Origin: Paragordius varius
Taxonomy: Eukaryota > Animalia > Nematomorpha
NCBI GenBank assembly: GCA_964247055.1
Contig: OZ176053.1
Coordinates: forward strand, 10,664,001 to 10,728,000
Length of the DNA: 64,000 nt
Direction: 5' to 3'
Below the pieces are notes generated by a model, which had not been told where the DNA came from, did no database searches, and worked only from the letters and a program-made list of their open reading frames with translations. A program made the translations under genes and the position numbers. Shown here piece after piece: positions 23,977 to 37,549 of this stretch. Each line of letters begins with the position of its first letter. The stretch's first letter is position 1.

Positions 23977-26949
23977 CTAAAATGGACTTATATCTCTAGG
24001 TTTCCTCACTCTCAAAATAATCATTGCTTTATGGGAAAATGTTTTGTAAACATTGGCATCAAAATAAATGGGTATAATGGTTGCATATAACAAGTAGACA
24101 AAATCAAACACCAATGCTGCATCCATGAAGTTGCGTATCATAAAACCCCTGTCGGTTTGTGTCTCACCATAAAATTTCCCCAAGATCAAAAATAATAGAT
24201 CGGGTAATATACCGATGCAGTAATAAACTAAAAGAATAATATTTGATTTGTAACTCGTTTCAAATTTGGTAAAAGACGAAGGTGTTAACGAAATCCTTGA
24301 TGCAGGTGTTAAAACTTTGTCTTCTAAATTTATTAATGCATTGGAATTACGCGCATACATTTTTTTCATTAGTAAAATCGATTTTATACCAAATCCTAGC
24401 ATTAGCGCCGTTGGAATTATCAGTATAACTATCATAGATGTGTTCAGGTAGAAAAAATTTGATTGGCCCCGCGGTATAAAGTAATACCAAATCTGATTTT
24501 CCCGAATGCATTTTTGCACCGCTCTTTTGTAATTGAATAGGGTGTATACAATTAAAATGCAAATGATTATAAATAAAGGAATAAATTTTATGTATTTTCG
24601 TTTCAATCCATTTTGGTAACGTACCGGGCTAACGATTGCAATATATCTAATATATTAACCATAATATATACGTATATATATTATATATCAGGTAATTAGC
24701 TTATTTCCAGAATCGAGCTTTTATTGAACAGGGAACTAGTTTCTATGGGTTATTACCAATAATCGGGTTAAAAATTTTAAAAGCTATCTGATGCCGGTTG
24801 AAACGGCCATGTCGCATTATTAAATTTTTAAGAGGTTCCATACTACTATAAAATAGATGGTTACCAATATCTTTTTAAAAATGTTCAAAATCGTTGTTTC
24901 ATGCAAAAAATTATATAAAAATGTTTTAATTGTATAAATGTATAATTTATTTTGTGACATAAAAATTTGACTTAGAACCCGAAAATAACAGGGATTTCAA
25001 TGTTGAAAAAACATTCAGATTTACCTGTTTTTTAAAGAAATTTCGTATAAACTTGTAAGTTGAAAAATAATAGTAAATAATTATATTCTTAAACCATATA
25101 AATTTGATTTGATATATTTTAAATTATATTTTGTTTAACACTTCGTTCAAATGGGGGTATCTAAATAACCCAGGGAATATTTAAGTTGATATTCTTAAAA
25201 AATATTGAAAGAAACGGTTCTTTAAATTTATGCTTATATCCTAATATAAATTATATAAATAAGGCAAAAAATCTAAATAAAATTTAGATTTAGAAAAAAA
25301 GTTCCGTATCAAACTACTTGGACGCCATTTTTAACATCATTTTTGCAAAATATCGTGTTTTTTTATTCTAAGCCTAAAATTAAGTTTACTTCTTTATTAA
25401 AATCATATTTGACATTGATATAAACAGAAAAAGTGGTATATTTTGCATTATTTTTATATTTAGCTTCAATAATATTTTATTTTAAACAAGCCTGGGGTAT
25501 CCAACTACCCCAATTTGAATTAAAGGACTGAAATGAATGTGTTGTATCCAAGTGTTAATTAGGGCGATGATAATGAGCTACTAAGTAGCAATATGGAGAA
25601 ACCAGCACTGGCGCAAAATACATTTTTTAGATATCTCTTGCTCATAAGTAAGGTTTTAAATTATTCTTAGGCCAAAAATACCGCTCCAAGTAGTCTCATC
25701 TCATTTGAGATTTTCATCATTAATTTAAGCCTCTTAAATTTAAACTTAAGGATCATTCACCAAAATATCTGGTTGACTTATTGACAAGACCCTTAATTTT
25801 TTACCTATAAAAAATATACGGTATAGAGTTTTTTGTGTTATATTGAAGACAGTGATGATGGACAAATTTGAAACTGTGGGATTTGTCTGGTTCACCACAC
25901 ACACAGTGTAAGAGGCTACTATAATATCAAGCCCTTTTTAAACCATAATTCATTGAAACAAAGTTATATCATATATACTGTTCGATAGTAAAAAACATAT
26001 AATGCTTTTTTATGATAACATTTGATTTTATAATTGATTGTTGTTTTAATTGGATTCAAATGATATCAATTAGTTTAAACTTACAAAACTGTAAAAATTC
26101 AAAGCTTATCTAGTTTTAGATAATATATTTTACAAAGACAAATTTCACAGTAGCATAACAAGGTTGGAGCTGGGCAATAACACCCCAATTATTCTTCCAT
26201 AAAAACGTGAAAATGTATTAAATTGTTAAATAACATTATTAATATTTAGTAAAAAATCTCAATCTATAAAGCTTATTTCAGAGAAAGGGCGCAAAATTTG
26301 CGATTAAGTAGTTACCAAAAACGTCGATCCAGCTTTGTTAATGACTTGTTAGTACAAAAAACATTAAAATCATCTATCATGATATACTATATATTACATT
26401 AAATTTTTAAGTACATGTGATTAATTATATTTTAAACCTTATCATCATTAGTAAAGCAAAGCAGTAGTGGACACTCACGTATGCAGTTTTACTTATTGTG
26501 CCGTTTATTATACCAAATACCAGTAGGGGATACGATTTATTAGCCATAAACCCAAAATAATATGGAAAGTTGTTTTCCAACCTTGCCATTATAAGAATGA
26601 GGTTGATCAGATTGAGAATAGAAATATATATCCAAACGACGTAAGTTGGTCTTTCCCATATATCCTTTATGTTGGTAGTGAATATGACAAAAAAAGCTGC
26701 ATTCAAGCACAATCCACTAAAGCATAAAAGGCTTATAGTAACAAGAGTAATTAAAAACAATCTTTCATTCATATGGAATGGAGGGCATAGAGAAATTGTT
26801 TTGTTATCTGAAAGAACCATATATTGGTCGGGTATAATAGAAAAATTTGAATTTAATACATAGGGGATTATTAAGTATGAGGTATTTAAAGCATTGTTAT
26901 GATACATTTTCAGGAAACTTGTGGATTTTAATTTACAAAAATATGTCAC
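23977..26949 (-). CDS. Divergent class-A-like 7TM receptor, paralog 2 (exons 26949-26438 and 24646-23977)
   Basis: Collinear with paralog 1. MMIR|YIAIVSP has the same phase-2 intron. Conserved YCIGILPD and FDFVYLLYATIIPIYFDANVY. Confidence 0.85.
25139..25554 (+). mobile_element. piggyBac-like MITE (family A) in the intron of receptor paralog 2
   Basis: TTAA|CACTTCG...ATCCAAGTG|TTAA, with asymmetric subterminal inverted repeats. Confidence 0.8.
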
Positions 26950-27699
26950 GGTAGTTTGTTATTGCGTTAATAAAATTAGAAAAATAAATTAATATCCAAT
27001 ATCTCAATATTGGGTATTATGCCAACCAATTTACCTTTGATATTATATTTTTTCACTGCAATATCAATCCATTTAATATAAATTAATTAATTATTGATTA
27101 AGAAATAGTTCATACAGATTGAGACAAGCATATTTTGTCATTTATTTGTGATATTTATGCCTATATTTTAACACAAATTCGGGAATCTGACCATTTATAA
27201 AATTTAGACAAAGATTGTCAAATTTAAAAATTTCTGTTTTATCGTATGAATTTAAGTATAGTTAGATTAGGTGTGGTTAAATTAAATAGTTATATCTAAT
27301 ATATTGGCAAAATTTTATGGTATTTTACACGTTGCGCACCAATAAATAATTGTTTTTATATATTTCAAAAGCTAAAAAACTCCAGAATATAAATATCTAA
27401 ATGTTAACTGCGGTTAATTATACTATTAGCCAAAATTAAAAAAAACGCATATAGTAGATTAGGATAATATAAATAAATACAACGGAAACGCGTCGCCTAA
27501 ATTTTATTTGTTAACATGCGTCATACAGATAATCCTAAACGTGAATTGTTATTTATTTATATTTTACATTTTGTAAATAGTCTTAAAATCTCAAAATAAT
27601 TAAACTTAATCGTATTATATATTTGAATTGAAAAAACGTGCGATTATGCGGATTTTATTTAATTATTATATATGCACTGTATACTAGGGGTAAGAAGTC

Positions 27700-28235
27700 A
27701 TGACCGGAAAACGAAAAGAAAACAACGAAAAATATGCAGATGATCAATTTATTCAGACTTTAGTTAATCCGACATACAAACACAGACAAATCGGGTTCGC
27801 TACAATGTAGCATATTATTTTTACCAAAGTCGAATTTTGTGCCCAAAAAAAAACATTTGCGGTACGCATTGCTTTTCTATTCCATTAGAAGGAAAAGGCA
27901 CCTTAAAGGCTGGTGGATACAAAACATGATTCATCGATTAAACATGTTAAACATGGAAAATATAGAACTTTTGATTTCAATAGATAGGGTTTTTTTCTCA
28001 TTTGAGAGGCTAGCATGAGGGCTAGGTTTAATAGTATGACTCGAACTATCCAAATTATCTACACCATTGCTGATCTCAACAGTTTTTTGTTTCTCGTGCG
28101 AACTAGCATCAAAGGACACATTTGTCGTGAGTTTTAAAAAATCTGTCATCATTGTCATTTTTATGCTTATTGCGTTTTCCTTCGCTCTTTTTCGTTTTTG
28201 CGCTCCGCTTAAGTTTGGTAAGAAATAAAAAAAAT
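27700..28235 (-). pseudogene. Possible hAT (ZMYM/TTF-type) transposase N-terminal relic
   Basis: The frame upstream of ORF 27931-28158 reads LSGAQKRKRAKENAISIKMTMMTDFLK, resembling hAT transposase N-termini. It is followed by a stop-ridden W..Y......F.C.C-like segment. Confidence 0.35.
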
Positions 28236-28323
28236 CATTTAGAATTAAATATTTTGTTATAAAATTTTTACAACTATACGATTATTGTGAAAACATGATA
28301 CGAATCCATAAAAACTTTTAGTT

Positions 28324-28899
28324 CAGAGGTCGGTAACCTTTCCTTTTGTGTGGCCTCCAATGTAGTGACCATAATATAATTAAAATGAGTAAACATCCAT
28401 GACGTGCTGTCGCTAACATGGGCATAATTATAAACCTATTTTACAATGAAAGGACAGCTTTTGTAAAGCTTTCTCTATTTCGCTCGTCTGCATGCTCACA
28501 TATTCGTTTTTAATATAAACACATTGTCAACATATGCGTGGAATACGAGCTTACCTAGAAATAGCAGCGGGGAAACTTCTTAAATATCTAATTGTATAAA
28601 AGTTATATTTTCAGAATTCGGATAAATAAAATTTTAACACCTGTTAAGTCAGAAGAATAAATATTTATTACGGTATAATGGCTTTTTGAAATTATAACAG
28701 CGCTTCGAACCGGTCCCAAAAAGTGGAACTAGAATTGAGCTCTAATTTAAAAATGGAATCGTTTCCTAAAAGGAACCAGGTTCCGGCTAGGTCTGATAAA
28801 TATGTATAAATGTACTATTTGAATGATATATGAATGTGTGGACCGCCGAGATTTTTAAATTTTGAGAATGGCCTGCTGAAAAAAATTGCCGATCCGTGT
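28324..28899. mobile_element. hAT-type MITE
   Basis: Termini CAGAGGTCGGTAACC and ATTGCCGATCCGTG. The flanking 8-mers TTTTAGTT and TTTTAGTG match at 7 of 8 positions as a TSD. Confidence 0.7.
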
Positions 28900-30449
28900 T
28901 TTAGTGTGTGGTGAAAGTTTATATTTCATGTTTTAGAACTAAAAATAAATTTGAAAATAACATGAATTAAAGGTTGATAACATTAGAAAAACAAGTCACA
29001 TTATTGTATATCAGCTAACAAATGTTGGCCAAATCAACTTTACAGTAAAGTACGTGAAAAAACAATCATTCTATAAAATGTAATGAATTTCATTCGCCAT
29101 GTATGCATTGAACAACTTTTTTTACAAAATTATTGTTATTTTTCATATTTTGCTGTAATATGAATTGGCCAACATTAATGTGAGTTGGATTACTTTAAAT
29201 TGCATATTGTATAATCAAAATAAATAAATTGAGATTACTTGTTAGGGAGTTATCAAACTATATTAAAAAACAAAATAAATTTTCACGCTATATGAATATA
29301 TTATTGCAAATGTTTTATTTGTAATTATTTTAATTTAACAGAAGCAAAAAAATTACATCTATTAAAATTTTGTGAATTCTCATGAAACTATAATACTATA
29401 ATTTTTAATAACAGAATAAGTTAAGACTTGAAAATATATAAGCTTCACTTAATTTTTGGTGTCAACTATCTATACTCATTTATTTATTTTTTAACTATTT
29501 TTACTTTTTTAAGGTGTTAACTGGAGAGAATTTAAAGGTGATTAATTATAATCTTATAATAAAACTGCTTATTGAGACAGTGAAAAATATGCATTTTTTT
29601 GATTTTTCTTCCTTTCAATCAAGAATAAATCTCTTTATTCTTTGCCAGTATACTTACAATTAGGCAATCATTACTTACATATCTGTAAATAAAAAAAAGT
29701 AATAAATTTGGGCCGCCCGCCAAATAGAAAGGGGGCCTAAATTTAAAATAAATAGTAAAAAAGGCCCCTGTTTTGCCTTGGTCCCCCGCACTGCTCCCCC
29801 TAGCTCCCCGTAGTTTCGCCACTGCTTTCAAGCCTATTAACTTGTCGAGATAATATATTCCAGTTTTAAAGGTTATTTAAGTAATCATGGAATTTCAACC
29901 ATGGAACAGAAGACTTGGAGCTAAAGGGCTAATAGTTTTGTGAAAGATGATTGAATCGATTCAGCAAATAAATAATAAACCACAAAAACAAGACGTGAAT
30001 GATTTATTCTTAGGTGAATAGACCATGGTCTTTTAACTTGAAATCTCTTCCAACATCGAAAAAACAAGAATTTGGCGTTGTTGGGCATTAGGTTGGAAGA
30101 GGTGTTATTTATATTTAAAAATTAATTTACATTATAAAATGTGGATTATGTACATAATATGATATATTTATGTCTAGGAATGTGGTTTTCATTAAAATTT
30201 ATATTTAACATTTGTGAATTTTTTTTTTATGTTTTTAATGCCTAGGATTGCCATCTTTTTTAGGCGAAAGCCATTACCCAAAAATATATCCTTAGTTGAG
30301 CCATGCCTCAAATGCATGAATTTGCTTTTAAACAAAATTAATAATTAATACTCGAACTTTTGGCGCAGTAACTAATATAAATCTTTTTTAATTCCTATAC
30401 ATCTGACAAGCAAGCCTTCGTTTTCAAAGAAATGGGGTTGAATGTCCAT

Positions 30450-31010
30450 GTTTTTTTCACGTGTTTCTGTTTATGACGGGCCATTACCACTCACGGTTTG
30501 AAATTGATTATTTTTTGAAAATGCAAGGGTTTGCATGGAGGAAGAGGGGACGCCATCACGGATTCATGCACCGGGCGTCAGAAATGCAAGTTACGCCTCT
30601 GTCTTTGTCTGGTGGGACAGGAGTGGGATAGTGCACTATAAACTTTGAAATACCGTATAACCTTTATTACTTAACGCTCTAATTAAGAACTACGCATTGA
30701 TCATAAAACTACCGGAATTCTCCATAAGACATGACAAAGTGATTTTCATGACTTCACACAGCAAAACCAATGAAAACCGCTTCAATGGGAAATTCTTCTG
30801 CATCCGCTGAACTCTCTTAATGTGCTGCCATCTGAATAATACATCTTCGCAATGGGGCACGCCTTGGTAGAGCAGCACACCAATAATTTTGAAGCCGTTA
30901 GAAAATAACTTAAAAAAGGGTTAGCCGCAAATTGCAATCAATTTTTTGGTGGCAATCATACAGTCACTGATAAATGGGCGAATTGTTTAGAAGCCTTTGG
31001 ACAACATTTT
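30450..31010 (+). pseudogene. Degenerate Mos1-like mariner transposase (C-terminal half)
   Basis: Fragments VWWDRSGIVHYKL, RHDKVIF, WEILLHP, FAMGHALVEQ and CLEAFGQHF match the Mos1 motifs VWWDQSGVIYYELL, WEVLPH, FASMGHALAEQ and CVASDGKYFE. Stops and frameshifts are present. Confidence 0.85.
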
Positions 31011-32784
31011 AAAAAAATAAATTGATTTCCATCCAAATTTATTTTTACCGAAAAACCGGTAGAGATTTATGCCAACACCTAGTAATATATAGAGTAACCC
31101 CGATGTGTCGCGTAGAAAAAAAAGGATTAAACCTTAAAAAGAAATATTAGTTGATTTGCACCAAAGCGTTAGATTAAAATTATAACCAAACCTCCAATAA
31201 TCATAATAAAAATATTTTTTTTGTAATGTTAGACTTAGAAAAACTTGTATACACTCAGTTTTTTAAGTTAGTAATTATATCAGAAAATCGTGATTAAAAT
31301 TTTTCACGCCATTTTGGCTTTTAGGGACGTGCCTAAATCAAAAAATTGCGTCAATAGAAGTTTTTCACTGCATCAAATTGTATAGAAAAATTATGTATCT
31401 CAAATATTGCAGAGGTTTTAGTACTGCTTCCGCTTTGATGCAAATCATTTGAAAATTCTTTTTATGTAAAGACTAAACCTTTTTTTAAACGATATTGGGT
31501 AAACGCTATGATGGTTAAAATAAATATTAAATCTTTTACCGCATGATTGAAAGTTTAAATCCAAATTTAGACTGCGATTGTTTAGTTTTGATTCTCATAA
31601 TTTTAAGGACCTATTGAAAAAAAATGTGGAATCAATATTTTGCGTTTTTGGTTGATGCGCTTTCCTTCGTTATATTTATTTTTATTAGACTTAATATACG
31701 ATGTAAAGGCGATTCTCTAGAGCTAGTGGAAATGATATAACCGCATTGATTATTTTGATATTTATTATTTTGAAGTTTTAGCTATTAAATATATGGTTTA
31801 TAAATTTTATTTTTGACTCCCATTTTTGCCGAATAGTTTCATCCAAAAAACCTTTATTTTTCAAAAATTTGAGCATTTTTGTGTTCTAATATTTATGTCT
31901 CCCTTATGGTAAAATAGACTGATACTTGTTTTATGTTATCGTTTTCACATTATCCTACCCTACATTGAATAAAAAACTAAACGCTTTAATCTCAATTTAA
32001 AAATTGACAAATATATTAATTAGATGGTTTTTAGCTTTCATCTGTGACTTTGAAATTTAATTTAGGATTGAACATTCTTAATATCAAAATTATTTTAGGT
32101 CAATAGGTTACTTAAAAAAACGCCATTCATGTGGGCTTCAGAAAGCTCGTAGACCACTGCATGTCTCATAGTCATTAAATAATGTCATCTCCTTAGCCTT
32201 ATTCATAATATTATTGTTTTAAACTTTGTAAATCCTATTTCCTACTTTACTATTGGATGCCCCCCTTCTGATTTTACCCTATATATTTAATTATCTCAGT
32301 GTGTTAGCCATAACTTTTATCTAACCTAAGCTTTAAGCTAAATATTTCCACTTTTGTTTTTCTCATGATTTTTTGAGCACCCAAGAATCTGTTTATGCAC
32401 CATTGATTTTTAAAACTATAAAGCGAATTAAAAAGTAGAATTTGAATATACCAAATTTTTTGCAAAGGTACAGATTGTGAACCTGCTAACTATCATCATA
32501 GACAAAATTATTATGTTATATGCAAAATTAATAAAAATAATATATTTTGTTATAAGTGTAAAACTAAACTATAAATGTTTTATAGAGAATCCTGCTTTTT
32601 AATCGTTATTTTCCCACATAATATATTTACCATATACATTAGTTCTTACCGATTTAATTAACATAAACGTCAGCAGATAGTAGGCTAATGATTAAATTGT
32701 ACGACTTCATCATCTGACATTCAGCGACCAATACATACAAGTTAAGATCACCAAAAACTAGTCTCCTACTTTTATTCATTAATC

Positions 32785-33638
32785 ATGTCAAATTTTGTGC
32801 CTGAAAAAGAACGTTTGCGGCACAATGCCATCAGAAAAAGACGCTGATCGTTTGCAAATGGCTGCTCTATCGATTAACACGTGTAAAACATGGTTTCGTA
32901 TCAAAAGTTACGATTTCATGAGGAGGAGTTAGACGATCTGGAAGAGGTATTGAATGATGTCAACTCAAAAACAGTTTGCAGTAGAAGCATTACATGTATC
33001 ACAAAAATAATCTATAGACTACTAACAATGGATAAGACCGATAACTCGGTAAATCGGTTCCACACAATTTGAATGAGCGTCAAATTTAATATCAAAAAAT
33101 GACCTGTGAATTCTGCATTAACGTCATTAAAAAAAATCATTTTTCATCGGACGGATGATTAAAAATGGCTGTTTTCGTGATCTCAAAGCGGGAAAAATCG
33201 TGTCTTTCACCTTGCCAAGCCGGTCTATCAACACCCAAAATTGCTTTGGCATGAAGACAATGTTTTGTGTATGGTGGGACCAAAGTGGTGTGATATTTGA
33301 CCAGTGAGGCTTCCCGCTAACAAATACCTAAATTAAAATTTTGAAATATCGAAAAACAACGTGAATTAGCCAGTCATGGCAAATAATTTTGCTACATGGT
33401 GCTTCGTCTCATACAGCCAAATCAGTGAGCACCTCGATAGGAAATATAACCGCATCCGCTAAACCCTCTTGATCTGGCGCATTGGAATAAGTTACTTCGT
33501 ATCAGTAGGACACACCCTCGCAGAGCAGCACTTTATTAATTTCTAAAACGTTGGAAAATGGTCAGTTTTTTGTACGGCATTCTATTACCTGAGAGAGGAG
33601 CAAAATGTGTAGAAGCCGATGTATCATATTTTGAATAA
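32785..33638 (+). pseudogene. Degenerate Mos1-like mariner transposase with internal deletions
   Basis: Starts MSNFVPEKERLR (Mos1 MSSFVPNKEQTR), contains FGMKTMFCVWWDQSGVI and ends CVEADVSYFE*. Multiple frameshifts. Confidence 0.88.
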
Positions 33639-34432
33639 AATAAAAAATTGACCTTTTAAAATTACATGTGTTTATACGAATACCGGTATTTACTTATAAT
33701 AACTACAACTAGAAATTATATTAATTTAAGTGTGTACCCCATTCCTTATTATGAAACTCAAAACATCAAAAAATCAAGATGTATCTAGACTGTCTTTTAT
33801 AAATATTATATTTTTATAATTTAAGTTTTGTCTCTATAATATCATTACTGTATATGTGTCTAGTGTTTTTTAAACTCTATTTAACCAGATTCGCATTATT
33901 TAAAAACGTTGCGCAATGTGCAGACTAAAACTCTTTAAAAAGACAATAATGTTATTTCTCATTCAATTTCCTATATATACCCCATAAAAGCCTAGTTATA
34001 TATTAAAGGTAGATGACTAAAGTTTGTAATATAAACGATTTGGAGGATGCCGTTAAATAAGGCAAAAAATAAATAATATATATTTATTTTTTCCAATTTT
34101 TTTCCTAGCTAAATCTATTGACGATGCCTTTGGCAAAAATTGGAATATTAATTTTATTTACCTTTTGTATATTAAAATTACTTCAACTTTTTATCTTATC
34201 TATATTTTTAATAAAGTATTAACAAAAACTAACTGCTAAAACAAGTTCCGGACATTAGGCAGACTCTGGGACCAACTTATTTTTAAATACACCTCATGTA
34301 TATTAAAAAATAACAACATAATTAATTTAATATATAGTAAACGAATAATCAATATAAATATAAATTATAAAATTGCGCGCATATTGCTTCAATTATTTAA
34401 GTTAAGGGGTTTAATATTATCCCATTTACCTA

Positions 34433-36255
34433 TCATACTGGGCTCACATTCCCCGGCTTTTTAATTCGCAAAATAATCATTACTTTATAAAAAAACTTTT
34501 TATAAACGTTTGCGTCATAATATACGGGCAAAATGGTGGCATACAAGAAGTATAGGAAATCAAACACCAATATTACATTCATAAAATTGCGCAGTTTAAA
34601 GCCCTTCTCCGTTTGGGGATAGCCAAATTTACCCAAAATTAAAAAAATGAGATCGGGTATTACGCCAATGCAGTAATAAACTAACAAGACAACATTTGAT
34701 TTGTAACTCGTTTCAAACTTGGTAAAAGAAGACGGTTGTGCGATTGTAGGCAAAACACCCAATGTGTGTTGTCTAAGACTTTTATTCGACCTCCTTGTGT
34801 TTAAAGCAGGATTCGAAACACTTTGGCTATTTTGCATTTTTCTCATTAATAAAATGGTTTTTATTCCAAATCCTAACATAAGTAACGTCGGAGTGAGAAG
34901 TATAAAGATCATTGTAGCATTAATTAAGAAAAAATTTGTTTGTCCAGGAGGTATAAAGTAATATCTAATTTGATGCTTTTGAATACACTTTTGCACGCCT
35001 CTATTGTAATTGAATGAGGTGTAAACAACCAAAATACATACTATTATGGATAAGGGAATAAAGTTTGTAAATTTGTGTTTTCTCCCATTTTGATATCGCA
35101 CCGGGTTTACAATCGCAACATATCTAAATATTATAAAATGTACAGTTCAAATCACCTATTATTTATATATCATACCCATTTAAGGAGCCAATTAAAATTT
35201 AAAATGTAATTTAGGTATTGGGCCAAAATTAAAAATCTTTTTTATGCCTTTTAAGCTCATTATTCAAAAGAGTTTTTTAGAAAATGTAATAAAATCTTTA
35301 TATCAAACTTTTTGCATGCCATTTTTTTCTTTAGGTTTTTTTATATGCAACACGCACATATAGGTATATTCAAAAAATAAATAATGGACAGCTTCTAATT
35401 TATATTTTACTGGCAAATATTTGATATTTATTGACTTATATATCGGCTGCTCGTTTAAATCTTTTGGATCGAAAATTCGTGACTTTAGTTTAAACTGTAA
35501 AAAATTTGGAGGTCTTAGATATTACAGAAGAACAGGGTCTGATAATTTTTAAAAAAATTTCATATCCGTGGTTTATTTACAATTAATTAAGGTATAAAAC
35601 ACGCCCAAAATTTGTCTACAAAAATTATAAAATATTAAGTTTTTCAAATATGAAACTAATAAAAATAATCACACACACCAATAGACATCCTAGGTTGTAA
35701 TATTAAACAAATAGCTCTCGTTACTGTATTTGATTCATTTTATATATTATATTTGAAATAGAATTACTATTCTCATACCTTATAATCATTAGCAGTGCAA
35801 AGCAGTAATGTACACTTACGTAAGTGGTTTTGTTTAATGTTCTATTTACCATAGCAAGGACCAGAAAGGAATAGGGTTCGTTGCCCACGAATCTAAAATA
35901 AAATGGAAAGTTATTTTCCAACCTTGCTGTAATAAGTACGATACTGATAATATTAAGAACAGAAATATAAATCCAAACGACGTAAGTTGGTCTCTCCCAT
36001 ACATCCTTTATATTTGTGGTGATAATGATTAAAAAAGCGGAATTCAGGCACAATCCACTAAAGCATAAAAGGCTTACAACAATGAATATAATTATAAAAA
36101 AATTTATTCATTTGGAATTCATGGCACGGGTATATTATTTTCTTGTTTGAAATATATGTTGAAAACTCATCCAAAGTTTGCGAAAAATTTGAACCTGATC
36201 TGAATAAAAAGGGTATATGTATTTGAGTGATATTTAAGACAGAGTTATGGATCAT
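34433..36255 (-). pseudogene. Divergent 7TM receptor, paralog 3 (exons 36255-35779 and 35123-34433), with a frameshift in exon 1: pseudogene or homopolymer sequencing error
   Basis: Same architecture as the others (MIIR|YVAIVNP). ORFs 36058-36255 and 35721-36053 join only with a frameshift at the A7 run 36096-36102, which is 2 nt short relative to paralog 2. Confidence 0.8.
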
Positions 36256-36459
36256 TATAGAAAATCAATTATGAAAATGCGTTAATAATAATACGAGCTC
36301 CAAACTACTATACTTTAATTAATATTCAATAAAAGATGAAAACACAAAAGAATGCCAACCAATTAAAATTTAATCAAACAGTAATTATGCGTGACAATAA
36401 ATAGCATTAAAAGACGTTTATATGGCTACGTTTCCCCAGGAATGTCGACTTATCAATAA

Positions 36460-37250
36460 TGGCTAATACTGCAATTATGATTGCGCATAGCCTAACGCGT
36501 TTTTAATTAGCTATTAGGTCTAACCTCAAGAGATGTAAATGGGCTGGAAAAAGATGTTGGTGACCATTATTATTTAAACCTCCCTTGTGTAAAGGTGAAC
36601 AGTTTTTTTAGTAGGAAATTTAGCTTAAAATCGAACCTTTGAAATTTAATGTGACTAATTCGTTCCATTTATCTCTTTCCTATCGAATTTCCTGTAATTA
36701 TGGCTTCCATTTTTTCTTTTTCCTCGATTTTTCCAAAATTAAATATTTATCTGTATGCCTTTTTTCTAAATGAACTTATTGATTTAGTTATTTATCATTA
36801 ATAAAGTTTTGTTGTTAATATATAGTTTTTTTATAAACCACTTTATTTTGAACAACCTTACACCACATTTCGAACGCTGTCAATATTTCATCGTCTATTT
36901 TTCTGAAGAATATAACTCTACACAGGAAGACCATGTATATAAAACTTACCTTAATTTATAGTAAGTTCTTTACTTCACATTTTTTTTCAGCATATTCATT
37001 GCTGTCTTTATTAACGCTATAACCTTATGGGGGAAAGACCTTCATTTATACCTGGTAACTTACAAAAAGCCTTTCAATAACTACTTTTACCCTATAATTT
37101 ATCCTTTTCCAAATAAAAATTATCTTAGTCTATTAAGTATATTTGAAATCTACATTTTGATTTTAGATGGATAAGATGTTTTGACGACTATAAATATTAG
37201 GAATGTGTAAGAATTACGATATTTGAAACACGAGACATATATGCAAAAGA
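36460..37250 (+). CDS. Probable small multi-exon hypothetical gene, divergent from receptor paralog 3
   Basis: Open segments (GLTSRDVNGLEKDVGDHYYLNLPCVK|LKIEPLKFNVTN; ...YKTYLNLY|IFIAVFINAITLWG) joined by canonical 29-30 nt introns (GTGAAC..TTTAG; GTAAGT..TTTTCAG). The full CDS was not assembled. Confidence 0.3.
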
Positions 37251-37549
37251 ATGACGAATGGCTTTAATTTATTTGCTAAACTTTTGTTGAATGGGTGGGC
37301 ATAATACAGCGACTTATGAACAATTTGCTACGTTTTGAAATGTTTCTAAAATAAGAACAAATTAATCCACCTCATATAGAATCTAGCGTTTATAGGGATA
37401 TTTTCATCTATTTTTTTGAATAACAACATGTAATGCATAATTGAACCGGTTTTCAACCATACACATTTTTAAAATTTATTTTTTGTACTACATCCATGTT
37501 TTACCTATTTTGGGATATTTAAAGATGTTTTTTCGGTAAATTTCAAAGG

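Noticed and set aside
25560-25940. Possible nested gene or PHD-like fragment (EDSDDGQI*NCGIC..H) in the receptor 2 intron
   Set aside because: It has in-frame stops and no consistent splice path.
32890-33072. 60-aa ORF and the opposite-strand ORF 30690-30878 as genes
   Set aside because: They are a fragment and an antisense frame of the mariner relics.
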